Source of the DNA: Malacoraja senta
Taxonomy: Eukaryota
Length of the DNA: 64,000 nt
Assembly: GCA_038087875.1 (NCBI GenBank)
Contig: CM075987.1
Span: 18,850,001-18,914,000 of the forward strand
Direction of reading: 5' to 3'
The notes under the pieces were generated by a model that saw only the letters and a program-made list of their open reading frames with translations, was not told the DNA's origin and searched no databases. The first letter of the stretch is position 1. Each line of letters opens with the position of its first letter. Below, one piece after another: positions 13,129-27,310 of this stretch. A program made the position numbers and the translations under genes.

Positions 13129-15834
13129 GACATTGATGGAATGTCAACTCACAACTTGGTAACACAAACCCGTGGGTGCTGCCAACTGAATTACAACTAC
13201 CACTAATTTAGTAAAATAGATAAAAACTGTAGATACCATACAATACTTGATGGACAAAGTTAAACAATCCTCTGGAAAATATGGGACAACTGCAGATGCC
13301 AGAAACCTGAGGTAAAAACAGAAAATGTTTGAACACTCAACAAGAGAGGCAGCATCTGTGGTAAGAGGAACAGATTTAATGTTTCATGCCTGAGACTGTT
13401 GGTCAGAACACTGACAAACAGGCTCAGCGACTGAAATGTTAATTCTGTTTCTCTTTCCACAACTGCTCTCTATGTGTTGGTAGCATTTTCTGTTTTCAGA
13501 CACAGTACTCAAATGGATTAATGCAAGCAATAAACTGGGCATTGAATCTTCACATGGACATTAAGATACAGTTTGCAGAGAGAGAAAAAATATATAGCAT
13601 ACAGGTCATATGTTTTTCCCACATAGGCACTAAATAGCTAATGCATCCAAACACAAAATGACTGTGTGGAGAAATAGATATTATACCGAGATAGATTGAT
13701 GAATTCAGAATGGAATGGAATAGTAAAATAGATAAATAAACACAACATTAGGGTAAATAGATACTTTATCGAGTACACCATAGATGTAGTAGCCAAATGG
13801 ATAAATATATATTGTATCAGATATACAAATTGCACACAGGTAAATAAGCAGACAGAAAGCTGATCGATAAATTAATTCAATCAGATAAACTGGTACAGTC
13901 TCTGGGATAAAACCACTATCCAAATAGCTAGATAGGATTTAGGTTAAAATAAATCAATATCCAGATGATAACGAAATGCTCGATTTAAAAAAAGTTAGTA
14001 TGCATATAGATAAATAGCCAATGCATTTAAATCTGGAAATGGATCCACGTAGATTGATAGACGCTGAATGCTGATGGATATATTCATGATTCAGATAAAA
14101 CATAACCAAATAACTGGACCCTGCATTGAAACAGATGGATAGATACAGTCTGCTGATAGACAATAAAATGTAGCATGGAGGCACAAGAAAATCTACACTC
14201 CGATAAATAACAAGATACTCTCTGCAGATAAGCATTAAATACATTACTCAGATTGCAAAAAACATTATCTTGATAAATAATTAGATACAATACATGGAGT
14301 TAAAATATCTAGACAAAAAAAAAATATATTGTATTCCAATATCTAAATAAAATGAATAGCCAGGTAGGAAAATGCATGTAACTCAGCAGATCAATAGAAG
14401 CAATAACCTGATGGATATTGATAGTGTTCCCTGATAATTTAATTGATGGAATATCCTGATTGATCAATTGAGGCAGTACACTGATAGATAAATATCCAGT
14501 AGATAAATAGATAGCATATCCACATAGAAAAACAGAAACAAGACCTCAATATGTGAATGGGCGGATACCACATCCAAATAGTTAAATCGAGTACTCTTAT
14601 AGCAAGATAAATGTATATGTTAATCCAAATGTACTGAAAGATGCAGTGGTGTTGTACCCAGATAGACAAATCTCGACTACATCCAGAAAAATATATACTC
14701 TATCCAGTTAGTTAAACAGATGTTGTATTGTGATAAATATATGGATATAGAACATTGATAGATAAAATATCCACATAAAAATTAGATAGAAAAACCAGAT
14801 CATCACATTTTGAAATCAAGGATGGATACATAGAAAATAATACTCTTAAAGATCAATTGGCAAAAGCATGCTGAGGTCAAACAGATGAACTAAACAGAAT
14901 AACAATGACAAATATTTTTTTTGTCCACGGTACATGCACATCCCATGCAAAATTATTGACGGTTCCCAAGTGCCAAGTTCCCAAGGACACTTAGCGTAAC
15001 CATGTTAAAAGGAAGATCAACCATATACTCCTATATCTCCTACATATCGGTGAGACCAAGCACAGGCCCTACTTGGAAACCAGCCCTTCGACGCACTGAG
15101 TCCATGCCGATCACCTGTACACAATATCTATCGTGCACACTAGGTACAATTTACAGAAGCTAATGACCCTACAAACCTGCTCATCTTTGGAATGTGGAAG
15201 AAAACCAGAGCACCTGGAGAAAACCCAAGCTATCACAGGGAGAACACACAAACACCCTGTAGTCAAGATCAAACCCGGGTCTCTGGCGTTGTAGGGCAGC
15301 AACTATAACTGCGCCACTGTGCAACATGCCTCTTGTGTCTCAGATAAATTTGTGCTTCCACTATTCCAGTCTAACTAATTCTTGAAGCATAACAAAAATT
15401 CTCCAGCCATGACAAGATCATCTTAAATCTACTTTGTGTCTGCTCTGAAGTTATCACATCTTCACGTTTAGGTTTGTTTCGGTTTATTATGGTCACGTGT
15501 ACCGAGGTACAGTGAAAAGCTTTGTTTTGCATGCCATCCAATCAGATCAGATGATCCAATAGAAAAATATAATTAAGACAAACTCAAGTACACAGGGTAG
15601 AGCAAAGGGGAAGGTACAGCATGCAGAATGTAGTTCCTAGCCTTGTAGCACATCAGTTCCATTGACGATGTCTATTGTCCGCAATGGGTAGTGGCCTTTG
15701 TTTGTGACCTCTGAATGGAGGACCTGAATGAAACCGGAACACCTGGAGGAAACTCACACATTGAAAGGACAATGTGCAAACTCCACACTGACAGGACTCG
15801 AGGTCAGGGTTGAATCCGGTCCGTGGCATAGTGC

Positions 15835-16173
15835 TGCTTAGTTTAGTTTACAGACACAGAGCGGAAACAAGCCCTTCGGCCCACAAAGTCCGCGCCGACC
15901 AGCGACCCCCTTACACTTGCACTATCCTACACACTAGGGACAATGTATAATCTTTACCAAAGCCAATTAACCTACAAACCTGTACGTCTTTGAGCCCTTT
16001 GAGCCCTGTACGTCCTACAACCCTTTGAGGAAACCTGAGCAACCGGAGATAACCCACATGGTCACGGGGAGAACCTACAAACTTCATACAGACAGCACCC
16101 GTAATCAGGATCCAACCCGGGTCTCAGAATCTGTAAGGCAGCAACTCTACCGCTGCATCTCCATGCCACCCGT
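15835..16173 (-). mobile_element. tRNA-headed SINE (HE1/V-SINE-like)
   Basis: Same family. Further copies at ~7890-8176 (-), 15065-15322 (-), 3895-4065 (+) and 39205-39460 (+). Confidence 0.75.
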
Positions 16174-19100
16174 GCCAGAATTTGTCTCGCCCCTCCTCTC
16201 TTCCAGCCTTCACTAGAATCAGTCTGAAGAAGGGCCCCAATCTGAAATGTTGCCGATTCATGTTCTCAAGAGATGCTGCCTTATCTGTTGAGTTACTCCA
16301 GCATTATGTGTCTTTTTTAAGTCCATTATTTCCCTACATTGAACTCCATTTGCCATTGTTTTACCCATTTACTGAATCTATCAAAGTGTCTTTATAATTT
16401 AATACTCCCGGGTGCATTGGATTCAACACTATCTTTCTTTCTGCATTGAACAAATTTGGATGCCAACTTTCTATCCCTACTATCCAGGTCATTACTAAGT
16501 TGTGGGAAAGATATAATCCCAGCAGAGAACCTTGCGATACCAGTCACATCTTGCAATTGTCAGTAACTGTTCATTGTCCCTTGTCTGTCTCCTACATCAC
16601 AGATAAGGTAATATGGTCAATAATTTACTTCATTTCCGTGAGCTTTGGATTTGTCTGAAGAAGGGTCTCGACCAGAAACATCACCTATCGATGCTCTCCA
16701 GAGATGCTTCCTGACCTGCTGGCCGTTCCCTCCTGCACTTCTGTGTATTAACAAGCGTCTGCAGTTCCTTAATTCTACATCTTTGATTTGACCTATTTTG
16801 GGATAATTTATTAAATGGCTTCTGAAAGCTCATAAAACTAACATCCATGAACATTTCGAGACATTGGAATCTTGCACAAATTACGAAGAGCTGGAGGAAT
16901 TCGGCAGGTCAGCAGGAGGGAACGGCCAGATGATATTTCCGATCTGGACCCTTCTTCAGACTGGTCCATAAACATAGAAAATGTTCTGTCCATTTATGCA
17001 ACCCTCTATAAAAATTGCAATCATGTCCATCAGGTATACATTACTGTTTACAGATGAAAAGTGACGAAGCTGTCACTTTTTAAGCTATTCACCATATAGA
17101 CGCACTGGTCAGATAAACAAATAAATAACACTCGGAGTGAAAAACCACTACAACATTCAGCAATGGCAAATGTGACAAATGCAGCAAGCTGACCGAGGGG
17201 TAAAGCATTTAGGTCAATGAAGAGAAACAGTATAGAAGCCTCACAGACCAGTTGAAGAAATGCTAGATAATGGGATACAGCAACTTGACAAGTAAAGGAC
17301 TGCAGAGAGTGCAGTCTGACTGAAAGAGAGGCAAAGCAGAATAGAGATTCTGCATTCAGACAGCTCAGTAAATTAAAGCGATACTGCACTCAAACAGGTA
17401 AAAGAGGCAACATCTGGAGAGATAATGAGATATAACATCAGGCTATTAACATAGAACAGTACAGTATAGGATAGGCCCTTCTGCCCACGATGTTTGTGCC
17501 AAACATGATGGCAACTCAAACTAATCCCATCAGCATTCACATGATCCATATTGCTGCATTACCTGCAAATCCATCTAAAAGTCTCTTAAATGTCACTATT
17601 TGCCTCCACCATGATGATGGTGTATTCCAGGCTCCCAACACTCTCTGTGTAAAAAAACTTACCCCACACATCTCCTGTAAATTCTGCCCCTTGCACCACA
17701 ACTAGTCCCTCTAGTGTTTAACATTTCCACCCTAAGAAAAAAGAGAGAGCATGCATTTGAATAGATAGGTACTACGTCCAGGCATTTAGTGAGAGGTCAC
17801 ATCTGGTCAGATAAGGAGATACTGAAGTGTGGAAGATAAAGAGGTCTCATCTGGATTTTCAGCGATTTCACCATTTGAGAAATGAAAAAACTCTGCCAAA
17901 GGGGAATGGTAGATTTGGATAGTTCACGATTTTTGAAGTTGCTTGAAATAATTAAACATACTGTACTTCTAGTGAGTTAAACAATTTAAAAACCCATCTT
18001 AAAATAATTTTAAAAGGCTATTCATCATGTGATTAAATTATTTGAATCTTTATGAAAGTTTTGAATAGGCATTCACACACTTTAATAATTGTTTGACAGC
18101 CTTTACAACCAGTCAGGCTTGGTGATCGACCAACAAATGTCAAATCACTTCTGTATGCACAGTTTGTTCAGACCTGAACAGATTGTGCCATTTATGGCCA
18201 GAGGATACAGTTTGCTGCAGCACTTCATCAGGGGAGCACTTTAGTCTATTGTCACGTGTCGTTGTACCGAGGTACAGTGTAAAGCTCTTGTGGTTGAAGT
18301 AACAATTTAAAATCTGTACGAGTTATTATGGACCACATACGTAGAGGTACAGTGAGCACTGGCAGTGCCTGTTGGAACTGGACCTATGTGATACTACACT
18401 CAGACAAATGAAGGGTAGGTAATGAGATTTCGCACCTGAACAGATGATGAGATAAAATACCCCGACTGAAAAATACTGCACACCAATGATGAGATACCCC
18501 AACAGAAAGATAATGCACCAAATAGACTGAAGCATCTTAGAGGTCATTAAAGAGACTCCCTTTAAAGGCACAAAGAATGCCACAAATTTTACCCAGAAAT
18601 ATAAAAAGAGTGTCAATGCAGCTTAAGGAATCGATGCCATTTCCAAAAACCTAAACCAATAACAAATGGTAATAGTAATAGTAATAGTAAATGGTATTAG
18701 CAAATAGTTACTAATTCCTTACAATAAATAGAAATGGTACAAGGCCTGTAAAGAAATACTCGACAGGGGATGATGCAGGGATACAGTACATAACACAGAT
18801 GCTGCAGCCAGACACTCACACCTGACATTGTCCCCCACAAATATATACCATTCCTAATCTTTCAAACTTAAACCACATCTAATAAAGGCCTGCTGATCCC
18901 AGTGAATCAGACTGATGCTGCACACAGCATGTAAAGAGATGCTAATGGTAGACAGATAAATGAATATTGTGTTTAAATGGATGGAGATATTTAAATCAGC
19001 AGTAAAATAGATACAGTATTCAGATCGCCAGAGCGAGCTTGTATCCAAACATATAGGGAGGTATTCTCCTATTTACATAATGATAATGTATTGTCAGATA

Positions 19101-22100
19101 AAAAAATGCATCATGCAGATAAATTGAAACCAGACAGAGAAATTTTATGCACATTAATAATTAGATTAGCTCTCCAGATTGATCAATAGATTTACATAAA
19201 TAGATTCTGAATCCAAGCGTAAATGGTAATGGTAAATAGTTACAAATCCCTTATAATAAATAAATATGATACAAGACATATAAAGAAATACTCTGTGTGG
19301 GTTGATGCAGAGAGAAAGAGAAACTCAGATGGATAGTGTATAGAGACTAACTGTCTCGGAAGAAGTTATTTCTCTTCACCTGGTGAGGGATAAAATCTCT
19401 TTTTCTAATTGGATGGAAGACCTATTTATCTGTCCTGGTAGCACATTTTGTTTCTACTGGCTATGGTCAGTCTGCACTTGTCTGGGCGTACCACTCTTAT
19501 TTCTATACATCAGCAGTATCAGCTCATCTCTTTTGTGGTGTCACTCCTTGAGTTTCTGGGTTAATACAGATGGGTAAATATTGAATTGCTTCACAGATAA
19601 ATTGTCTCCAACTTGTTCTGATATAATATCTCTCTACTCTCTTGAGAGTATCTACCTAGAAGATGTGCCTATGTTTCTATCTGCATGGGGTATCTTTGTA
19701 TCCAGATATTACATCAATGTGTGGGGAAAAATGTCCACTTACCCATTTAAGTACAATATCAGTGCAGAAATCAAGAATAAGTATCTTTAGTCTAAACTAA
19801 TGAGGTAGACTATCCATTATTGCAATAATCAATTGTTTATTCATTTGAATAAAATACTTCATTTTAACTGTGGATAAGCTATACTTTTATCTGTGTGCAC
19901 ATAATAGTCCCTACTCCATCTGATTACAATAGTTTGTGTATGTATGTAGAGTCTGTACATGGTGCAGGATTACAGGATAGGAAGGAAAGGGAAATGGAAC
20001 TGATAGGATTGCTTAGTTGGAAGCCAGCATGGACTGATGTGATTGATTGGCCGTCTCCTGCATTGGAATAAGTAAGCATCTAAAAAGATTATGTCTCTAT
20101 CTCTGTGGTTGCTGTATCTCCATCATTCTGGGCAGAATTGGGATGCATAAACTATTGTCTGACCAAATTTAAATGAAGCAATTCTTAACTTGGCACTTTG
20201 GCTTGTACTGTGCACAAAGCTCAAAGCGTCACACTTGATAGGGTCATTTTAATGATCTCACACTAATTACGAAAATGGAGAGAGTGTCGGGGAGAAGATC
20301 ACTGAGGAGTTGGGCCAGTCTGAGGGGCAAAGATTGGAGCTATGTGTGGTGTTAAAGGTCAGGTAGATGTTATGGTTGGACGAGGGCACATTATCAGTGG
20401 GTTGGACAAATGATGGAAAGGGATCAGGCAGATGATGCAGATCCAGGTGACCGATGGAGGGGCAGGGGTTGGTGCGGTAATGATAGGATGCTGAGGTCAG
20501 CATAAAATATCTGTTTAGCCACGTTGTAACAGTAGCACCGGACTGCCTGATATAGTATCCCATTACCTGCCTGAGAAGGACATTGTTACTCAAATATATA
20601 ATAGAAGATACACTAACCACAAAGCGACCTACTGTAGCCAGACAGATACGGGGAGAGTGTACACAGATATCAGGCTGTGGTATCCAGTAAGACAAATAAT
20701 TCATCTCTCACGAATGGCTGTGAGATTCTCTGCCCGAGAAGATAAAGAGATATTCTTAGTGGATAAAAATATACTCTATCTGGACAGATAAAGAGATACC
20801 TAATCCAGATAGATGAATAATAAATGAGTTAACGTATAAATAGATATTTTTGTCCAAATAGATTCACAGATGATCTAACATAATAATATACAATATATTC
20901 TTTTTTATTTTGCACCATTATAGTTATCGAATACTACAGTTATTGATTAACTGTATTTCTGATTATTATCTATTTTCTGTGTGTGTTTTGCATTTATGAT
21001 CCTTTTAATCGGCAACAAGTAAGAATTTAATTGTTCCATTGTTGGTACAGCTAAACACTTGACTCCTGACTCTTGATATTGACAAATAAATAGACCCAAA
21101 TTCAGACATTTTTCCACATGGATTAAAATGATAATATGTCAAGGCAGAACAATACTCTACTCAAATATACAAATAGATGCTTTATTCATACATGCTCCAT
21201 CCAGTTGGATAAGGAGAAGCCATTTGGAAATAGATGATGGTGGCATTTAATGCTTAGACATGGATATGCAGAGAATGCAGTGAAATGGATCACATGTAGG
21301 CAGAAGACATTTTTTTACTTTAGCATCATGTTCTACGCAGACATTTTGCACTGAAGGACATGTTCCTGCGCTGTACTGTTCTATGTTCAATAAAATGGAT
21401 AGATATGGAGTACAGAAATATAAAAAATATGGTCACCCAGTGTACTGTTTCAATAGAGTGGGGAGGTCAAAATAGGAATTTAGTGTGGAGCAGGGAAAGA
21501 ATGCTCCCTGGTGTCGAAATGAAATATTAGATAATTAGAGTAAAATTATGGAAAATATTTTAATTAAACAGGGTAAAATTACAACAGTCAGCTTGAAGTG
21601 AATAATCATTGAAATTAGTAATCCAAACAAGACCATTCACGATTAAAACATATATAAATAGCCAATAGCATCAAAACATTTCAGAGTAAGGAAGGCCAGG
21701 TGAACAAAAATGTATAAAATAATTAGCAGATTAATCCAGTTCACAAATTAATAATAAATGTATTGGAATGGCAACAGGTAGGAAAAGCACACTGCATTAC
21801 ATCGTGGATTGGTAGCCAAGGTGCTTTCCCTGCAACTTCTGCATTGTTGGTGCAGAACCATTTTCCCAGGGTGGAAATGTCAAAGCAGAAAGGGCATAGC
21901 TTTACGGTGAGAGGGGCAAATTTTAAAAATGTGCAGGGCAGAATTTTTTTACACAGGTGGTAGTGTGTGCCTGGAATGCTCTTCTGGTGTGGTGGTGGAG
22001 GCAGTTACAATAGTTGCTTTTAGATTGGCACATGGTTATGCAGGGAATGGAGGAATATGGATCATGTACAGGCAGAGGAGATTAGTTTAACTTGGCATTG

Positions 22101-22719
22101 TGTTTGTTTGTTCATCAACATCACTTAGAAGATTGTAGGTAGTTAAGAGCCTAGTATAGATCTTCATAAGACATAGAGGAGGCAGACTGCCAACTTCAAA
22201 ATGGCCTGTTCATTCCAACTGTGCATGTTCTGCTCTGTGACCTGCCTTAGGTTAACACTAATGTGCTACTCAGGCCTTTGAGCTTTAATGTAATAATAAT
22301 TGTTTTTACAGCACTCAAGCAGATGTCTTTTGAACATCTAGAGACACAGCATCCACCAATATCCCCCTTAGTCACCCCTTAGTTACATTTACTGAACACT
22401 TTACCAGATTGATAGATAATGCTCCTGGACATAAATAAAACCATACACAGACATGCATGGTATAACAAAGGGATAATATGCCTGAATGGGTAGAGAGACA
22501 GAAAGACATATTAAGAGGTGCCAGAGGTTATGGGGAGAAGGCAGGAGAATGGGGTTAGAAGGGAGAGATAGATCAACCATGATTGAATGGCGGAGTAGAC
22601 TTGATGGACGGTATGGTCTAATTCTACTCCTATTCCTTATGACCTTATGACCTTATGATTAAATCAACATACTAGAAGGGATAGACTACAAAGACACGGA
22701 TGGAACATGGAGCTGTAAC

Positions 22720-23195
22720 TGTGAATTCTCCAATTTTGAGTAAACATTGATTTCTCCAATTTGAAGTAAATTTCAAGTAACCCTCCACCTTCTCCTTTCC
22801 CTGTCCTCCCAACCTTTGCACGCCCATTTCTCTCATGATCTCCCACCATCCCAGTCACCCTGCACCTTTCCCTTTCATCCGCAAGTCCCATATGTCCTTT
22901 TATTCCTCTTTTATCCTCCCCATCCCCTTCCATCCACCTCCCCTCCTCCAACTCTACATTTCACTCCACTTCTCTCTTTATCTGACACCATTTCATCTTC
23001 TTTTCACCTCTAGCCTTTGTCCCAATCTCCACCCATCTGCCAATCACCTGTATTCACCCATCACTTGCTAGGCTTGTCCATCTACACCTCTCTTTCCCAG
23101 CTTTCTCACCCCCAACTCCATCAGTTTGAAGAAGTGTCCCAACTCTAAATATCATCTGTCCATTCCCTCCACTTATTCTGCCTCAGGCACTGTTT
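22720..23195 (+). mobile_element. Penelope-like 3' fragment, degenerate
   Basis: NIDFSNLK* ORF-end remnant (aacattgatttctccaatttgaagtaa), a long pyrimidine-rich tract and a decayed terminal motif. A related minus-strand copy lies at ~23580-23960. Confidence 0.55.
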
Positions 23196-26100
23196 TTTGC
23201 AAGAGATATAACAAGCTCATCCCCCTTTCCAAAATTGTCCAGGCCTTCCTGTTTGGTATTTTATAATCTCTTCCAGCCTTATAACCTTTAACCTATCTTG
23301 CTTCAATAAATGCATCAAATATAAGGGTCCGTCACTGGTGGACATCCCATCATTTGCCATGATGCCAAGATTGGGTTTCCCTCACTGAAACGTTCTTTCA
23401 CTCCAGATCCAGTTCATTCTTGAAGATAATTCATGAAAATCCAATGCTTAAAGAGACAAAGATATATAAAATATATTTCCCTGGCACATTATGAGACAAT
23501 GAAAGTAGAGAACTAAGGAACTGGAATATAATCTTGAGCAAAAACACAAAGTACTGGAGGAAGAGCAGCTCAGGCAACATGTGAAGGAAGGAACTGCAGT
23601 TGCTGGTTCATACCGAAGATGGACACAAAATTCTGGATTAACTCAGTGGGACAGGCAGCTTCTCTGGTGAGCATCCTGGAGCGAATGAACAGACTCCATT
23701 TCAGGTCAGAACCTTTCTTCAGACAGATTGTAGAAAGTTGGAAAAGAGAGGACAAAGCCTGGCAAATCATAGGTGGATACAGGCGAGGGGTGTTGATTGG
23801 CAGATGAGTGGAAAAAGTGACAAAGGCTAAAGAATGAAAGGAGACAAGGGATGTCAGATAAGGAAGAGAGGAGCAGTAATATGTAAAGCCAGAGGGGGAA
23901 TATAGGAGGAAGGGGACAGGGGATATAGGTAAAGGAGGGGAAGGGGAGGGGTTGATTGGCAAATGAGTGGATGAAAAGGAGACAAGAACGTCAGATAATG
24001 TTGGAGAAACTCAATAGGTCAGGCAGCATTTTTGGAGGGTGGGTCTCAACATGGAACATTGACTATCTATTCCCTCCGCAGATACTACCTGACCCACTGA
24101 ATTACCCCAGCTATTATTTTGCTCCAGATTCCAACATCTACAGTCTCTTGTGCCTCTGTGTAAGTAGATACCATACACAGGCAAACAAAGAAATACTATA
24201 ATCAGGTAAATGAAGCAATACTGTTTCTAAGCAAAGGATGTGATCCATAAGGCAATAATTTAAACAGACAAACAAAGTAATATTTTGCTGAAATACAAAG
24301 TGTACCCAGCGAAAGAGAAACTTACTATAATATTTAAAGACTTGCTTGACTGGGATAGACAAAGTTACTCTGATAAATGCAGAGAAATCTGACCCAGATG
24401 GATAAGGAGATTGTGAACCCAGACAGCTAGAAGAAATATACCCAAACTAATAAAGAACTAACACACTCTGTCAGATAAACAGATACCATGACAATACAGA
24501 GAAAGAGTATTTTATTCCAATAGATCAATTGATAAAGAAATAACTTAGCAGATAGAAAAAGAGGTTTTACACTCAGGCAGATTAAGGATTATTGTAAACA
24601 GACAGAGAAATATTGTACCCAGATAGATAAAAATAATACCGTACACACACAGAAGGATTTATGGCCCAAACTGATCAGAGTACATTGGCTTTTTGTGCAG
24701 ACTGACAGAAGTGTTTCATTTAGATACATAAATGGTCTCTCTGCAAAGCAAATAGGGAATACTGTACCTGAAAATAGACACAAAATGCTGGAGTAACTCA
24801 GCAGGACAGGCACCATCTCTGGAAAGAAGGAATGGGTGATGTTTCTGGTCAAGAAACGTCACCCATTCCTTCTCTCCAGAGATGCTACCTGTCCTGCTGA
24901 GTTATTCCAGCATTTTGTGTCTATCTTCCGTTTAAACCAGCATCTGCAGTTCCTTCCTACACAATAATGTACCTGGTTATGAAAGATGTTTATGAAAGAT
25001 TATAAATACTGAAACATTAAATGTTTACCTTCACAGGCATTGCTTGATTTATAATTTCTAACATTTCGTGTTTTATATTTCAAAATTACGCTAAATATTG
25101 CTTCTAATGGAGAGATACTTTGCACAGGTTTGGTAAGTGGATCTGTACCCAGATAGAGAGAGGCATTATCATTAGACTGATCATAGGCTGACAAACCCAG
25201 ATGGAGATAACTCCTCAATCATACAATAAAGACGTACAGGGCCACACAAATAAAGTAGTGCTTTCCATAGCTGGATAAAGACACAGCACACGGGATAGAA
25301 TAAATAATACTGCACCCAGGTCAGAACAAGAGATACAATAACCAGATAGAAAGATAATGTGGACATATCAGGATATAATGGAATACTCTACGCCAGATAG
25401 CTGAAGTCATTGAACAAAGACAAAGAGAAAGTTTCCCAGATAAAGATATACATTACCCAGACACAAAGGAGACACTCGATCCAGACATATAAAAATATAT
25501 ATTTTAGTCTGTTAAACAGATACTGTATCCAGTTAGCGAGCTAGGTAGCACGTTCTGAAATGTTATTACATATTGTATTCAGTTAGCTAAAAAGATCTTG
25601 CATGCAATATCCAAATAGATAAATAGACATTAAAAAATCATGTATCCAGATAAATTAATAGCTCCCATAACCCTGGACTGCTTCATCATTGGCCTGCTGC
25701 CTGTCTTCAAGGCAGATGTAGGGATGCTTGCTGATGAATATGCAGTCTTCAGCTGCTTTTGCAAGTATAATGAATCAGTCCATGCATCCCAAGTGCAAGT
25801 CTGCACTGGTTTGGACTGACAAATTAAATTGGCCCTGAACAAGTGCCAGGCAATGGCCCTCTCCAATTGGAAAGAAACCAATATCATCCACTTGGAACAA
25901 TAGCCGCAATAACCACCCCACCCCACCCCCTCTCCACAATTAACATCCCATAACCATAAACCTAATTAGGTAAACTACATAAATACCAAAGATCCTCTAC
26001 TATCTTTGATAAATACTGTGGTTGCAAGTGCAAGTCATAGACAGTGTGGCTGACACCCTTTCCACCAGCAATGAGGCAGGAGTCGGAAGAGAGCTGGAAT

Positions 26101-26373
26101 CATGTCCATTCGCCTGGATGTGCAACATTCAACAAGATTGCTGGACACTACCAACTCTTTTGTACCCTCCTCACTGAACTACCATTCATTCCCCTCTCCA
26201 CTTGCAAATCTTTGTGGCAATGCGCAAAAGGCTGCTGAGGCCAAGTCAATCGATATTTTTAAGGCAGAGATAGATAGATTCTTGATTAGTACGGGTGTCA
26301 GGGGTTATCTGGAGAAGGCAGGAGACTGTGGTTGGGAGGGAGAGATAGATCAGCCATGATTGAATGGCAGAGT

Positions 26374-26850
26374 AAACAATAGACAATAGATGCAGGAGTG
26401 GGCCATTCGGCCCTTCGACCCAGCACCACCATTCAATGTGATCATGGCTGATCATCCCCAATCAGTAGCCCGTTCCTGCCTTCTCCCCATAATCCCTTGA
26501 CTCCGCTATTTTTAAGAGCCCTATCTAGCTCTCTCTTGAAAGCATCCAGAGAACCTGCCTCCACCGCCCTCTGAGGCAGAGAATTCCACAAACTCTGTGA
26601 AAAAAAAAGGTGTTTCCTCGTCTCCCTTCTAAATGGCTTACTCCTTATTCCTAAACTGTGGCCCCTGTTTCTGGACTCCCCCAACATCGGGAACATGTTT
26701 CCTGCCTCTAGCGTGTCCAACCCCTTAACAATCTTATATGTTTCAATGAGATGCCCTCTCATCCTTCTAAACTCCAGAGTGTACAAGCACAGCTGCTCCA
26801 TTCTCTCAGCATATGACAGTCCCGCCATCCCTGGAATTAACCTTGTTGGG
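26374..26850 (-). mobile_element. CR1-type LINE 3' fragment inserted into an opposite-strand CR1 tail
   Basis: ORF 26442-26828 is a CR1 ORF2 C-terminus. A plus-strand CR1 tail at ~26230-26373 resumes at ~26850-26890. Confidence 0.85.
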
Positions 26851-26899
26851 CCGAATGGCCTAATTCTGCTATCACTTATGACCTTATCACCTTATGCGT

Positions 26900-27310
26900 T
26901 GCAGCTACTCAGCAAGGCTTTTTTTAAACAACACGTTCAAAAGTAATGAAAGCATGATCTGCACCACGAAGGAAGTGGCCGTGGAGATGAAGGAAGTTTT
27001 GGTGGTAATCTGTGGAAATCCCTTTCACTCTGGCAGACAACATGCCTCGTTACTATTGAAGAAAAGAGAGATCCAGAGGGCAGGAAATTAAGGGTCATTT
27101 GACCAAATCTCTGCCACCGGGAAAATGCTGCAATCTATCGTGAAGGAACCAATTACAGGTCTTGAGATAATCAAGCAGAATCATTGTGGTTTTATGAGAG
27201 GGATATTGTCTTTGACTGATTTGCTAGAGTTGTTTAAAGATGTAACGGAGGGTAGAAAAGGAGAACCCAGAAGATGTAATGCATTCAGATTTCTGGAAGG
27301 CATTCAATAT
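26900..27310 (+). mobile_element. Degenerate CR1 RT fragment
   Basis: MLQSIVKE...QNHCGFMRG..SLTDLLELF resembles the CR1 QHGF..GKSCLTNLLEFF motif. Confidence 0.65.
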
